Shown: positions 48,529 through 59,683 of the stretch, one piece after another
Numbering within the stretch: the first letter of the stretch is position 1
How the letters are laid out: the number at the start of each line of letters is the position of its first letter
DNA from: Gekko japonicus
Lineage: Eukaryota
Direction of reading: 5' to 3'
NCBI RefSeq assembly: GCF_001447785.1
Contig: NW_015164211.1
Location: 360,012 to 423,587, forward strand
DNA length: 63,576 nt
The notes under the pieces: generated by a model
What the model saw: only the letters and a program-made list of their open reading frames with translations
Told to the model about the DNA's origin: nothing
The model's database searches: none
Made by a program: the position numbers and the translations under genes

Positions 48529-48892
48529 GTTCGCACTTCAGAGCAGGGTCTGGCAGACCCAGATTCTTCCTGTGGAAGCTGAATGGGTGATTTTGGACCA
48601 GTCACAGACTTTCAGCCTAACCTACCTCACAGGGTTGTTGTGCAGATTGAAAGGAGAAGAGGAGAATGATGTGAGCTGCTTTGGTCCCCACTGCAGAGAA
48701 AGACTGTACTTTTCCTCCAGGGGAACCATTGTGGCCAATCTCCAGGTGAGGGCTGGAGATCACTCAGAATTACAACTGCTTTTCAGATGGCAGAGATCGG
48801 TTCCCCTGTTTCATTATACCCTGCTGAGGTGGCCACCCTATGACAGCCAGTGTAACGTAGCAGTTAGTGCTTCAAAGCAGGGTCTACCAGAC

Positions 48893-49127
48893 CCAGGTTC
48901 TTGCTGTGGAAACTGAGTGGCTGATTTCGGACCAGTCACCCAAGTTCTTGCTGTGGAAACTGAGTGGCTGATTTCGGACCAGTCACCCAAGTTCTTGCTG
49001 TGGAAACTGAGTGGCTGATTTCGGACCAGTCACCCAAGTTCTTGCTGTGGAAACTGAGTGGCTGATTTCGGACCAGTCACCCAAGTTCTTGCTGTGGAAA
49101 CTGAGTGGGTGATTTCGGACCAGTCAC
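48893..49127 (+). repeat. 47-bp minisatellite, 5 copies, inside a SINE
   Basis: CCAAGTTCTTGCTGTGGAAACTGAGTGGCTGATTTCGGACCAGTCAC at 48893, 48940, 48987, 49034, 49081. Confidence 0.95.
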
Positions 49128-51156
49128 AGACTTTTGGCCTAACCTACCTCACAGGTCAGAAGGGGGAGAGGAGAATGGTGTAAGCTGCTTTGGTCGCCAC
49201 TGCAGAGAAGACTGTACTCTTCTTAGGTAGAGGCTGCAGGGAGGGGGGAGGAGATGGAAAGCTGAAGTCAGAGGGGAAGATAAAGGTAGGTTGATGGTTG
49301 GCTGGGAAGGAGATACGGTTGCCACCTCCAGGTTGGGAAATTCCTGGAGATTTGAGGGGTGGATCCCGGAGAGCGTGAGGTTTGAGGAGGGGTGGGACCT
49401 CAGACAGATACAATGCCATAGACGCCACCCTCCAAACTAGCCATTTCCTCCTGGGGAACCATTGTAGCCAAACTCCAGGTGAGGGCTGGAGATCACTCAG
49501 AATTACAACTGCTCTTCAGGTGGTGGAGATCAGTTCCTCTGGAGAAAATGGTGGTCTCTGGCTCATTATACCCTGATGAAGTTGCCACAGCAAATTGATG
49601 CTGAGTGCCCCCAGGCCGGGGTACCCACCCAGAGCCTCTTTTTAGAGCTCGTTTTTAGTTCCACAACGGGCCTTATTCCTAGTCTCAGGTAATTTCTGAG
49701 ATAGCCTCAGCCCTGTGTCTTCAGGTTACAGAAACTGGAAGTCGTGCTCCAAGAATATCCGTTGTAACTAACCATCAAAGAATTTTGACACTTAGAACGT
49801 TATGATTGATCCTAGTAAAAGGTTGTCCACAGTCAGGCTCAAAGCCATCCCCAGAAGCTCTCTGTATCTTGTCCCAGATGCCACTGAACCAGAAAAGCTG
49901 CACAGCTCCTTCTGGAACCTGGACAACCAGTCCTACCTCAGGTGAAGCCGCCCACACCAGGCAAGACTGGGGGGAGAGCAAAGCCAGCTGAGAATATTGG
50001 AATGGCTAGGGAGAAGGAGAAAATCCCAGGGATGCAGGCGGGTTGAGCAGTCACACTGCAACGGGCTTCCAGGAGGCAGACAGCCCCGCTTGTGACTCCC
50101 ACTGCTGCAAGAGGCTCAGGGAGGGCTGGTTCGGGTTCATGGGGCTTAGAGGACCCTGGGCTAAGGAAACAACCCCAGGACCTGTCAATCCCGGGTGGCT
50201 CCCTCCTGGGAGTGAGGTCTGAGGCTCACCCTGCCTTGGCCTCTCCAAGCAGGTCTCCTTGGGTGGTGGGATGGGTGTGTCAAACGCCAAGGGTGGGATG
50301 GGGAGGTGAAGTTTTAGGTGAGGTCAGGGCCAGTAGGACCAAGTGACAGACATGCCTCCTTGAAGGGCAGTTGTCTGCCCCAGTGACCCCTCGGCGGCAG
50401 CTGCAGACATTCAGCAGAGGGACAGCTTGGTAGGCCAAGAGGGTGGTGGGTTAAAAGGAAGCTCTGATCAGGAAGCCAAGGAAGAAGAAAGCCTTGAGGA
50501 CTCATGGGTGGAGAATGGAGTCACTCAGGCAGGAGGAGGAGGAAAAGGGTGAGCCAAACCCTCTCCCCCCCTCTATTCTGAGGCTTGTGGAGCATCTGGA
50601 GTCAGGACTGGTGGGACAGCGGAAGGTGGTGTACCTCCTGGGAACACATTGCGGGTGTGACAAAGGTATTATTTTTGTGTTTGGTGTTCCTGTAACAAGA
50701 GAGGCGATTGTAGGCGTCTGAGGTGTATTGAAATTGGATTGGCTGAATATGTACTTTTAACCAATAAGAGAAAGCACTAAGGCAGCCAGTCACAAGGAAT
50801 AACAGTGCACAGGAAGATAATTCCAGTCAAGCATTAGTAAATTACCAAAGCATCAGTCTGGGCAGAAGCAACCCATTCACACTTAATGGTAGTCTAGCCG
50901 GAAAAGAAGATCTATTCAGCAAACCTTAACATACATACAGTGAGTTTTGTCAGAAGACCTTCTGGATTGGCACTGAGGATGTCTCATGGAAGTTTCTGGG
51001 CCTCACTTTAATACAGAATTTTGAATAACTTGATTAAACTTAAAATAGCATAACAGTGCAAATGAAACATATTTTTTTACAGATAAAGTTTGCTGCTTGT
51101 GACAACATCATGTCCTGGACCTTTATAAATATAAGTGTTTTGTTTTGTTTTTTAAG

Positions 51157-51299
51157 CCATAAGGATGAGTTTACCATTGTTCCTGTATTAGTCGGAGCAC
51201 TGAGTGAGACGAAAGAACAGGAATTTGGAAAACTCTTCAGCAAATATTTAGCAGATCCTTGTAATCTCTTTGTGGTTTCCTCAGACTTCTGCCATTGGG
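51157..51299 (+). CDS. MEMO1: MEMO1 coding exon 6 ([48 protein letters not shown])
   Basis: Translation identity; AAG acceptor and GTAAGT donor. Confidence 0.98.
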
Positions 51300-52350
51300 G
51301 TAAGTTGTTATTGGCCATAAAGAGCTGGCTGTATGCACGTATTTAAAACAGGCCACTTTAAACTGAAATACGGTTTGACAAACCTACCCTTTCTACAGAA
51401 AGCTAAAATTCAATTTGGCAATTCTAGAAAATTGTCTGAAAGGAGTATTTTCACAGCTTGGTAAAACGTTTCCTTTGCAAACAGAAATAAGAACTTTTTC
51501 CTCTGTTATTTACGGGATGCAAAGGATTGTAGAATTTTCCAAATATTTGCATAGCAAATCTGTATTTATGGTGATTGTTGGTCATATTTGCTGCTCTCTC
51601 CTTAGGTTAGAATTGCAAAGCCAGCAAAGATTCATGCAGATGCCAACCAAGTTTTGGGGGTGGGGGCAGTGTTTCCTCTAAGCTGAGTTAGTGTGAGTTA
51701 GCTCACAGTTTTTAAGCCTCTGACTCACATATTTTTGTCTTAGCTCAGGAAGGATGGCTCCAGAGCAAACTAATTTATGCAGTAGCCAAATCGCTCGCTC
51801 ACAACTTTAATGCTAGTAGCTCACAAAGTAGAATTTTTGCTCACAAGACTCCACAGCTTAGAGGGAACATTAGAGTTTATATTCTAGATTTTACTGTAAA
51901 AATAACTAGTAATACCTTACTATATTTCTATGGAGCTGATAGCAAAGCTGAAGAGCACTGCATTTCTTACAAGCTTTGGTGATTGTGTAGTTAGCCAAGG
52001 AAGAGAGAGACGTGCCCTTCATATTTCTGGTATATTAAGTACTATTTGTACAGTGTCAAGTGTACATGATGATTTTCAGAATAACAACAGGTGACAAATC
52101 TCTGCACCATGAGTTTACTATATTTCTATGGAGCTGATAGCAAATAGTTGCTTGTTTCTCATTTGGAATTACTCAATTACTGTCCAATTACTCCATTACA
52201 GTACTAGCACAGTACAGAATGAAGATTGCTTTAAGAGATTGTTACAGAATTTGTTTTGCCATCTGTTTACCTGCTTTTGTAATTACTTTTTTCATCTTTG
52301 CCTCCAGTTAGAAGTTTCATTATTTATTTGTCACAACTTTTGTCTTTAAG

Positions 52351-52433
52351 GTCAGCGGTTCATAAGTGCTGAAAATGATGAACACCTAGATAAAATGGTA
52401 AGTGCTGAAAATGATGAACACCTAGATAAAATG
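52351..52433 (+). CDS. MEMO1: MEMO1 coding exon 7, aberrant: GQRF-ISAEND-EHLDKM (donor after 52397) or with an extra VSAENDEHLDKM (donor after 52433)
   Basis: Both ends (GQRF, EHLDKM) match orthologues, but the middle [16 protein letters not shown] is absent and replaced by a 36-bp tandem repeat. Confidence 0.8.
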
Positions 52434-55155
52434 GTAAGTGTTGAAAATGATGAAATACAACTCCAGTTAGCTTCTCCTGAAAATTTTGAATGCATCCAGA
52501 ATTTAATTGAAGAGTTCTCATATCCCCTTTCATAAAATAAGTACTCTATTATTTGTCAGCTGTCAAGAAAATTCTACCAGATTTTTTGCTACTTGAATGT
52601 TGGCTAGCCAATGAAGCGGTCAAGGGCACTCACTAGGGCAGTACAGTAATAAGTCTTCCAATCCCCTCTGTACCCTTGTTTGTCTGAGAGATAAAGCCAG
52701 CAACAGCCAATCTGGGCCTGTGGAGCCTTGGAGGGGAAGGAGCAGAGGGGGAAAGAGCTGTTTAACAAGTTTGAGAGGGTTTTAGAGTTTCTTTAGGCAG
52801 GGCAGGGATCTTCCCCTTTCTCCATTCACTTCAGGTAGAAGGGGGCTGTTTAGCATGGTGACCTAGTGTGGTACACACTGGTTTAGGGTTCTCATTTGTA
52901 GTCTTTCAGTGTTACTTGAAAGCTACGGGGCAGGTGGAGTTATGTAGCTTAAAAAGGCTCTAGTGAAGAATTTAAAAGACTGAGAAGCCTATTGGGAAAG
53001 TAATAGCTCTCAAAGGCCAAAGTAATATGGCAGTTATTGGCATTCTCTTCACTGAGAGAGAGGGAGGGGAAGACGCGTGCACACACGTGCACACACAGGT
53101 ATATATTTTTTTTTTAAAAAAATGGTTGCCAGCCTCCTGAAGATCTGGAATTACAACTGATGTACAGATGACACAGATCAGTTCACCTGGAGAACATGGC
53201 TGCTTTGGAGCATGACATTATACCACTCTAAGGTTCCCAAACCCTGCCCTCCCCAAGCTCCACCGCCAAATCTCCAGAAATGTCCCAACCCACAGTTGGC
53301 AACTCTAATACATATCCACGTTATAGATACACATGCGATATGTATACAAAAGGAAAAAACTGTATCGCCAAAGCTCAATTTCTCCCTGTTTGTATAAACT
53401 TGGTCCTGAACCTTCAGTTTGCTTTCCCCTCACAGTGAAAGAAACCATTTTTTCTTGTATTTGATCTCTGTTCTCCTAACTGTTAAGGATGGTCCAGGTA
53501 ACAATTGGGTTCTACCATCCCAGAGAAGAGGGTATCTCAGAAGCTCCATCATAGATTACCTCAGAAGTGGGTAGTGGTAGATAGTGCCGAGTGTTGGCTG
53601 TCCAGTAAATAAACATATCTCTGGCTTCTTAGGTGTGCTTGGTGATATGATGGGGAATTGTGGTTGCTATGGGAAGTAATCCTTAGTCAACCCCCAAATC
53701 ATTGGGATTGTGAAAACAGGTGCACTACACGGGGGGGGGGGGGGTTTACTGGCGTCATGCCACCCCAACTTATCACAATCACCCATTCTTCTGCTAGTAG
53801 AAGTGGTTGATAGGAGAGAGGAGTGTTTTGCCAGATTCCGCCTCCTTCCTTTTGTCCGTGTTCCACATGACATTTTGATTAGGAGGGTACCTGACAGCAG
53901 AGAGTTTCAGGAGGCCACAGGAGACAGCTGGGAGAAGGTGGAGAAGATCTGTCTCCAAGATCCCTGCATTCACAGTCTGTAAGACTGAACCCAGTTGTAT
54001 TCCTCTTAAGTGGCAGACCAGAATGGAGGAGGGGAGAACCATGTATGCCCGCTTGGGAGGAAGGGCAAGATCTTAAAAAGTAAATGTAAAAGCCATACTC
54101 TAAACAACAACGTAAGGATAAATGTGGGGACACCAAAGAGTACTCATGGGAGGGAGTGGAAATACCCCCCCCCCAACATCGTCTCTTGCTTTACCCTCCT
54201 CAACGTTCACATTGTGTGTTTTCCTTCTCCCCTTCCCAACCCTTCCAGTCAGATGTATTCCTCCTCATCCACCCCAAACGAAGCCTTTTTAACTTTATCG
54301 TGTGTCTTTTGCAGTGAATGCATATGTATTGAAAGTTTGTGAAGTAAATCGCATATAGGTAGAAAAAAATACATGTTAATTTTTCAGGTTTTTCTGCCAC
54401 CCAGGGATTAACCCCATATATGCTGAAACATCCTTCCTATTCCTAGATAGCCCCATTGTGCTGATCTTGTTCATGTGCAAAGTGGGGCCATCTTGGGAAT
54501 TGGATACGATATGGTAGGTGATACATAGACTGTATGGCAGTTGTATTGGTGTGTGTGTGTGCATGCTCATCCCTTCTGATTCCTTGACTGATTTCCCCCT
54601 GAATCTTAACCCCTCTCTCTGGGCAGTGCAGGTTTAAATCATCAAATGTCTTTCATATTTCAAAGCAGAAATGCTGCTGCAGGGTATATTTGCTATCCAA
54701 ACATGCACTGGGATCAGTTTCAGGACTTCAAATAAATGACCCAAAACATCTAGGATGCAAGTTGATTTGGGTGTCGTCCAAAGCAGTTTGCTCAACTGCA
54801 GTAATCTTTTCTATACAGTAACATTAAAGAAAGATGCAAGGGACGGGGTCCACAAATCTAAAGTTGCCAGCCATTATTTGTGCTCACTACTGACCCTTCC
54901 CCAAGTCTTCCATTTGTGCCAGACGATCTGTTGGGAAAGAAATGCTCATGTCACACTGGAGCTGAACAGGCAGACGTACAGTGTGTACCTCAGAAATAGT
55001 AAAGGTGCAGAAAAGTGCAACCCAAATGACAGAGTGGCTAGAGATCCCTTCCCTCTGAGAAGGTTAAAGTTTTGTGGCTTTTCAGTGCAATTTTAAGAGA
55101 AGCTACTCTTTTAAAGCCCACTGAATTCAGTGGATTTAGAAGGCCGTAACTGTAA

Positions 55156-55486
55156 GTGGTGGCTCAAGTGGTTAAGACGCTGAACTGCAGGCTGTGGAAG
55201 GTCAGTAGTTCGAGACCCGAGTGCCGCATGACGGAGTGAGCTCCCGTCTCTAGTTCCAGCTCCTGCCAACCTAGCAGTTCGAAAGCAAGAAATTGCAAGT
55301 AGATAAATAGGTAACACTTCGGTGGGAAGGTAACAGCGTTCCGTGCGCCTTGTCATGCGGGCCACATGACCACGGAAACGTCTTCGGACAGCGCTGGCTC
55401 TTTGGCTTTGAAACGGAGATGAGCACCGCAACCCTAGAGTCGGATTCGACTGGCTTTCTAGCAAGGGAACCTTTACCTTCACCTTT
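55156..55486 (+). mobile_element. Near full-length Sauria SINE inserted into a palindromic MITE
   Basis: GTGGCTCAAGTGGTTAAG..GTTCGAGAC head and ACCTTT tail; MITE halves GTGCAATTTTAAG / TTAAGATTGCAC on either side. Confidence 0.85.
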
Positions 55487-56239
55487 AACTCTTATTAAGA
55501 TTGCACTTTAAGTTAGGAGGGAGGCAAACAGGGACAAGATAGAAGAGAGTAAGAGCGTTTTATCAAGTCGTAACTACGTCAGGGCAACCCCATCCATGGG
55601 GCAGTTAAGGCAAAAGAGGAGCAGAGGTGGTTTACCATTGCCTTCCTTTGCTTAGCAACCCCAGTCTTCCTTGGTGGTCTCCCATCCAAGTACTGATGGT
55701 AGTCAGCCTTGCTTAGCTCCTAAATTCTCAGAAGCGCAAGCTAATCTGGGCTGTTTGGGCTGCTGGACAATATAAAGGTTTATAACATTCAGTAGTTGTA
55801 TGGAGAGGTATGAGGGAAATGAGGGGAAATACTAGAAGTTGTGGTTACTTAACGCAACTGATCAACAGTAAGTTCAGAACAGGAAAAATTATTTTTTACA
55901 CAAAAATGTAGAGTTCAGTGATGGCTGGTACCTTTGGCTTTTAAAATAAGGTTTGACAGATGCACTATTGTGTCTGTCACAGCTAATTTCCCAACTGGTA
56001 TAGTCCCTTTCTGTATATGATGTGGCAATGTCAAACCCAGTAAAAGTTTTTCTGGATTCATACTAGACAGTACTACGCTTTTTATCTGATGACACTAGAT
56101 TTTGTTGATAGCTTATCTCCCTACAAGTAAGGCTTTGATTTTTAATATTAGGAAGAGATGAAATAGGTGTGTATTATGGGCAAATGCAGTCCTAAATAAT
56201 AACTTAGAAGATGTAACTGTATTTTGATATTCTTCTTAG

Positions 56240-56344
56240 GGTATGAGCATTATAGAGCAGCTTGATCCTGTGTCCTTTAGCAATTACTTGAAGAAATACC
56301 ATAATACAATATGTGGAAGACATCCCATTGGCGTTTTACTAAAT
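56240..56344 (+). CDS. MEMO1: MEMO1 coding exon 8 ([35 protein letters not shown])
   Basis: Translation identity; canonical splice sites. Confidence 0.98.
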
Positions 56345-57548
56345 GTAAGTGCTGTTGAATGAATTTCTAATGCAGTAGTTCCCCGACCCTAGCGCATCCT
56401 ACCCTCTCTTGTGCAAAATTCTTCTGAGGTCTATACAGGCAGATGGGACCTGTGCGAAGGGTATGCTGCACAGTCTGTGGGCCTGCCAGTGAATTAATTA
56501 GTTGGGATTATTCCTGACAATTGGTGCAATATTACATGTTAGGATAGGAGGGGAGGCACTGCTTCCTTTGCTAGTGCAAGGGCCGGGAAATTTCCATTGG
56601 AGGATGGGCAGGTGGAAAAAGATGGCCAACCCTTTCCCTCGTTCTCTTTTGCAAATGCACCAGCCATCTCAAGTTGTGCTAGAAGCTTCTCCCCACCACC
56701 ACCACCACCACCACTATTCTGAACTGGGCTTCAGAAGCCTACCTGGCAAGTGGGGGGGGGTGTGTTTTGAGGGTGTTCATAGGAAGAGAATTGGAGGCTC
56801 CAGGAGTGATTAGCTGCCCGTTGTCCTTTTTAATGCTGCCTGTGCATCTTCTATTATGTCAATAAATGTCAAATTGAGGAAGTACATTCGTGCAGGAAAT
56901 CTAGTTTGGTTTTTGTGTTAAATTTTTTTAATCAAAAACATAAGGATTTTAGAGCAATATAGAAGATGGTTTAAAATTTTTGTATGAACTGTACAAACTT
57001 AAGCAAGTGTCCGTTTATTTTGCTTAGTTTGCATGGTTCTGTATTTGATTGTCATGTTCAGTCAGCTGTGCAGGGCACTGATGCTCTGTCCCATGACTAC
57101 CAGATATCCTGCTAGTGTTGTCTTTCTCTTTCTTCCTGCCCCCAAAGTTCAGACTCTCCACCGTAGCTCTTAACCTTCATAGCCATGACGAGCCAACGTG
57201 AGCTCTTGTGGCGGCTGCATGCTTGTGCAGAGTTATGGAATGCATCGCACAGCCCTGTCTGTTACCCCCTTCCAAATTATTTTGGAACGTAACATTGATT
57301 TTGGACTCCTGCCTGTGGTTGGCTGTGCAAGAGGAGGTTTCTACAATAAAAGCATTGCTTCATGGAAACCTTTTTGTCTGCTCCTTTGAGCCAGGGGGCT
57401 GGCCCCCTAGCAATCTCTGCCTGTAGATCTGCAGTAGAAAAGAGCAAGAGTCCAGTAGCTCTTTAAAGGACTAACAAAATATGTGGCATGGTATGAGCTT
57501 TCATAAATCACTGCTCACTTCTTCAGATAGATCTGCAGTTCGTTTCAG

Positions 57549-57619
57549 TTGTTGTTGTTCAGTCGCACAGTCGAGTCCGACTCTTCGCGACCCCATGGAC
57601 CAGATCACGCCAGGCCTTC
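57549..57619 (-). mobile_element. BovB/RTE 3'-end fragment
   Basis: Nearly identical to 25036-25100, including the (CAA)n tail. Confidence 0.8.
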
Positions 57620-58312
57620 ATTTCAGTAGAGGTGTATATTGCTCAGGTTGTACTGCTCTTCACAACTAGTCATCTGCTTTCCTCCTACCTCCCATTTATT
57701 CATTTATTATTTTTAGATCCCGTTTTTCTTCTATCATGAGGGCTCAAGCAGGCTGAATTCTGGAAGGTTTCCCTAGCAGGCACTATCCATGCACATACCA
57801 GCTTATCTTTAGCAAGGCTGCTGTATCATGTACCTTCCAACCATACCCTGTTTCAGGGACTGTGGTCACTGGGGAGCAATGTTTTACTACAGGGATAGCT
57901 AAAAGGCTTTACTGGGACATAGGCAGTTCCTCTGACTAAAGAGAACTTAGTATAGGATTTCCTATGAAGGAAGGTGCATTTAAAGACACTCAGGGTAGAA
58001 AGAAAAAATGTTCTGAATTAAAATGTTTGTTTGTTTTTAAGTACCCAAGGGTACACTTTTATTGTTTTCCATTATACACTACAAACATATATAGAAACCA
58101 ACAACATAAAACTACCACTAACAAACATAAAACATATAACAGGAGGCATATTCCATCTTCTATCCTTCAATTATCTAATTATTACATTTCAGATCTCATT
58201 ATCTATTTTGCTAGCTTATCTTTTCTGCAATGAAAATGTTTGTTAAGAGTAGATGATGCAGTGGCACTATAAAACACCTTGTAAAACTGAACTTTTCACT
58301 TTTTCTGTCTAG

Positions 58313-58444
58313 GCTATCACAGAGCTCCAGAAGAACGGAATGAACATGAGCTTCTCGTTTTTGAATTATGCCCAGTCAAGCCAGTGCCGAAACTGGCAAG
58401 ACAGCTCAGTGAGTTATGCAGCAGGAGCACTAATGGTCCACTGA
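58313..58444 (+). CDS. MEMO1: MEMO1 last coding exon (AITELQKNGMNMSFSFLNYAQSSQCRNWQDSSVSYAAGALMVH*)
   Basis: Translation identity; TAG acceptor; TGA at 58442-58444. Confidence 0.98.
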   Translation, partial: AITELQKNGMNMSFSFLNYAQSSQCRNWQDSSVSYAAGALMVH

Positions 58445-58824
58445 ACCTCTGACTACTCAGGGATGACACCTGCACACTATGGGGTCCCAGCCTTGCCCTT
58501 ACAAAGATGCAGTTCCTGGTCTTTGGGTATACTGAAACCTCAAACTAATAGAACTCTTCTTTTTCTAGTAGGTGTAGTCCTTCCTTAGTTACAACTCATT
58601 TTAAAATGCTTTCTTGTTTAGGACAAGGGAAGGAAGGCTGGTGTCAAAATGTTGTGACTTCTAAAAACCAGTGGCTATAAAGGTATGGTGCCAGACGGTC
58701 CTTACAAATACGACATGTAAAGCATTTACCACATCCCAGATTTGCACTCTGCAGACCTGTGCACATGTACTCTGCTTTCAGAATAGTTTTGCAAGTTGTA
58801 AACAGAGAAGGTTGGAAGCTTTTT

Positions 58825-59683
58825 AATAAAAAAAATGCATTTATAAAAGATCCTGTAATAGAATATAATAAAATCCCAGTATAGTCAATTACTACCCGTG
58901 TTGTACAACAGATATCTTCTATTTTAGTTGCTAATAAAGGGCTGCACAAACCAAAATGGTGTGGTTTTAGGTTGTTTTCCATTATTCTCTCTTCCCTTCC
59001 TTTCATGTGGAGCTCCATGCTTCTGAGCGCAGCGTGGCTTAAATAAGCCCCCGAAGCCCTCCCATGCCTTCACTTCAAGAGTCTCAGCATCCACTTCTTT
59101 CTATGTTCCTAGCATACAGCCTGTCCCCCAGCAGGAGTAGCCCAAGAACACAACTCGAAGAACAGCATCATGTGTGGAGGCAGCTGGTGGATGAATATCA
59201 TATAGGAGCCACTCTGCATACTTTTCTCTATGCTCACAGGCTGCAAGGTTGCAGCCTAAACTGTGTAAACTCTTGCTTTGCAGCAAGTCAGCATATAAGG
59301 TAGGCTATACCAGAAACGGTCAAAACATCATCACAGAACATGAACATGCTGGAGGTTTGGGCACACAGATTAAGTCAAATGCTTAAAGTCTGTGCATTAA
59401 GTGTTGTCACAGTTTGTTCAGATACTGATTTTTTGTTGTCGTGTATACAGTATAAATTTGAAAACTTCAAGAATATTTTAGCATCTTCTAATGTAACACT
59501 GGGGTACTTTATGCTGTTACAGTTCAAAAACATTTTTCTGGTTTCAAATAAAAATAAACATCCATATTGTATCCAGTTGGGACAGTTTACTTGCTCATTA
59601 TGATAAAAAATATTTCTTGGAATCGTTTTTTTAAAGTCTGTGTTATGTGGACTTCTTTCCAAGCAAATTTACTTCTTAATAAA
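58825..59683 (+). terminator. MEMO1: MEMO1 3'UTR candidate alternative polyadenylation signals (AATAAA at 58825, 58933, 59547/59553, 59678)
   Basis: Hexamers read directly; GU/U-rich downstream tracts after 58933 and 59678. Confidence 0.55.

Noticed and set aside
48893-49127. CRISPR-like regular array
   Set aside because: Head-to-tail 47-bp units with no unique spacers, inside a SINE in a vertebrate intron; no cas genes
53480-54180. LTR-like segments (also ~29290-29520, 45620-46160, 49590-50660, 60145-60470)
   Set aside because: Composition is suggestive, but I could not identify matching TSDs or boundaries, so they are not called as features
56502-56813. ORF with a poly-His tract
   Set aside because: Caused by a (CAC)n microsatellite in an intron; no homology or splice support
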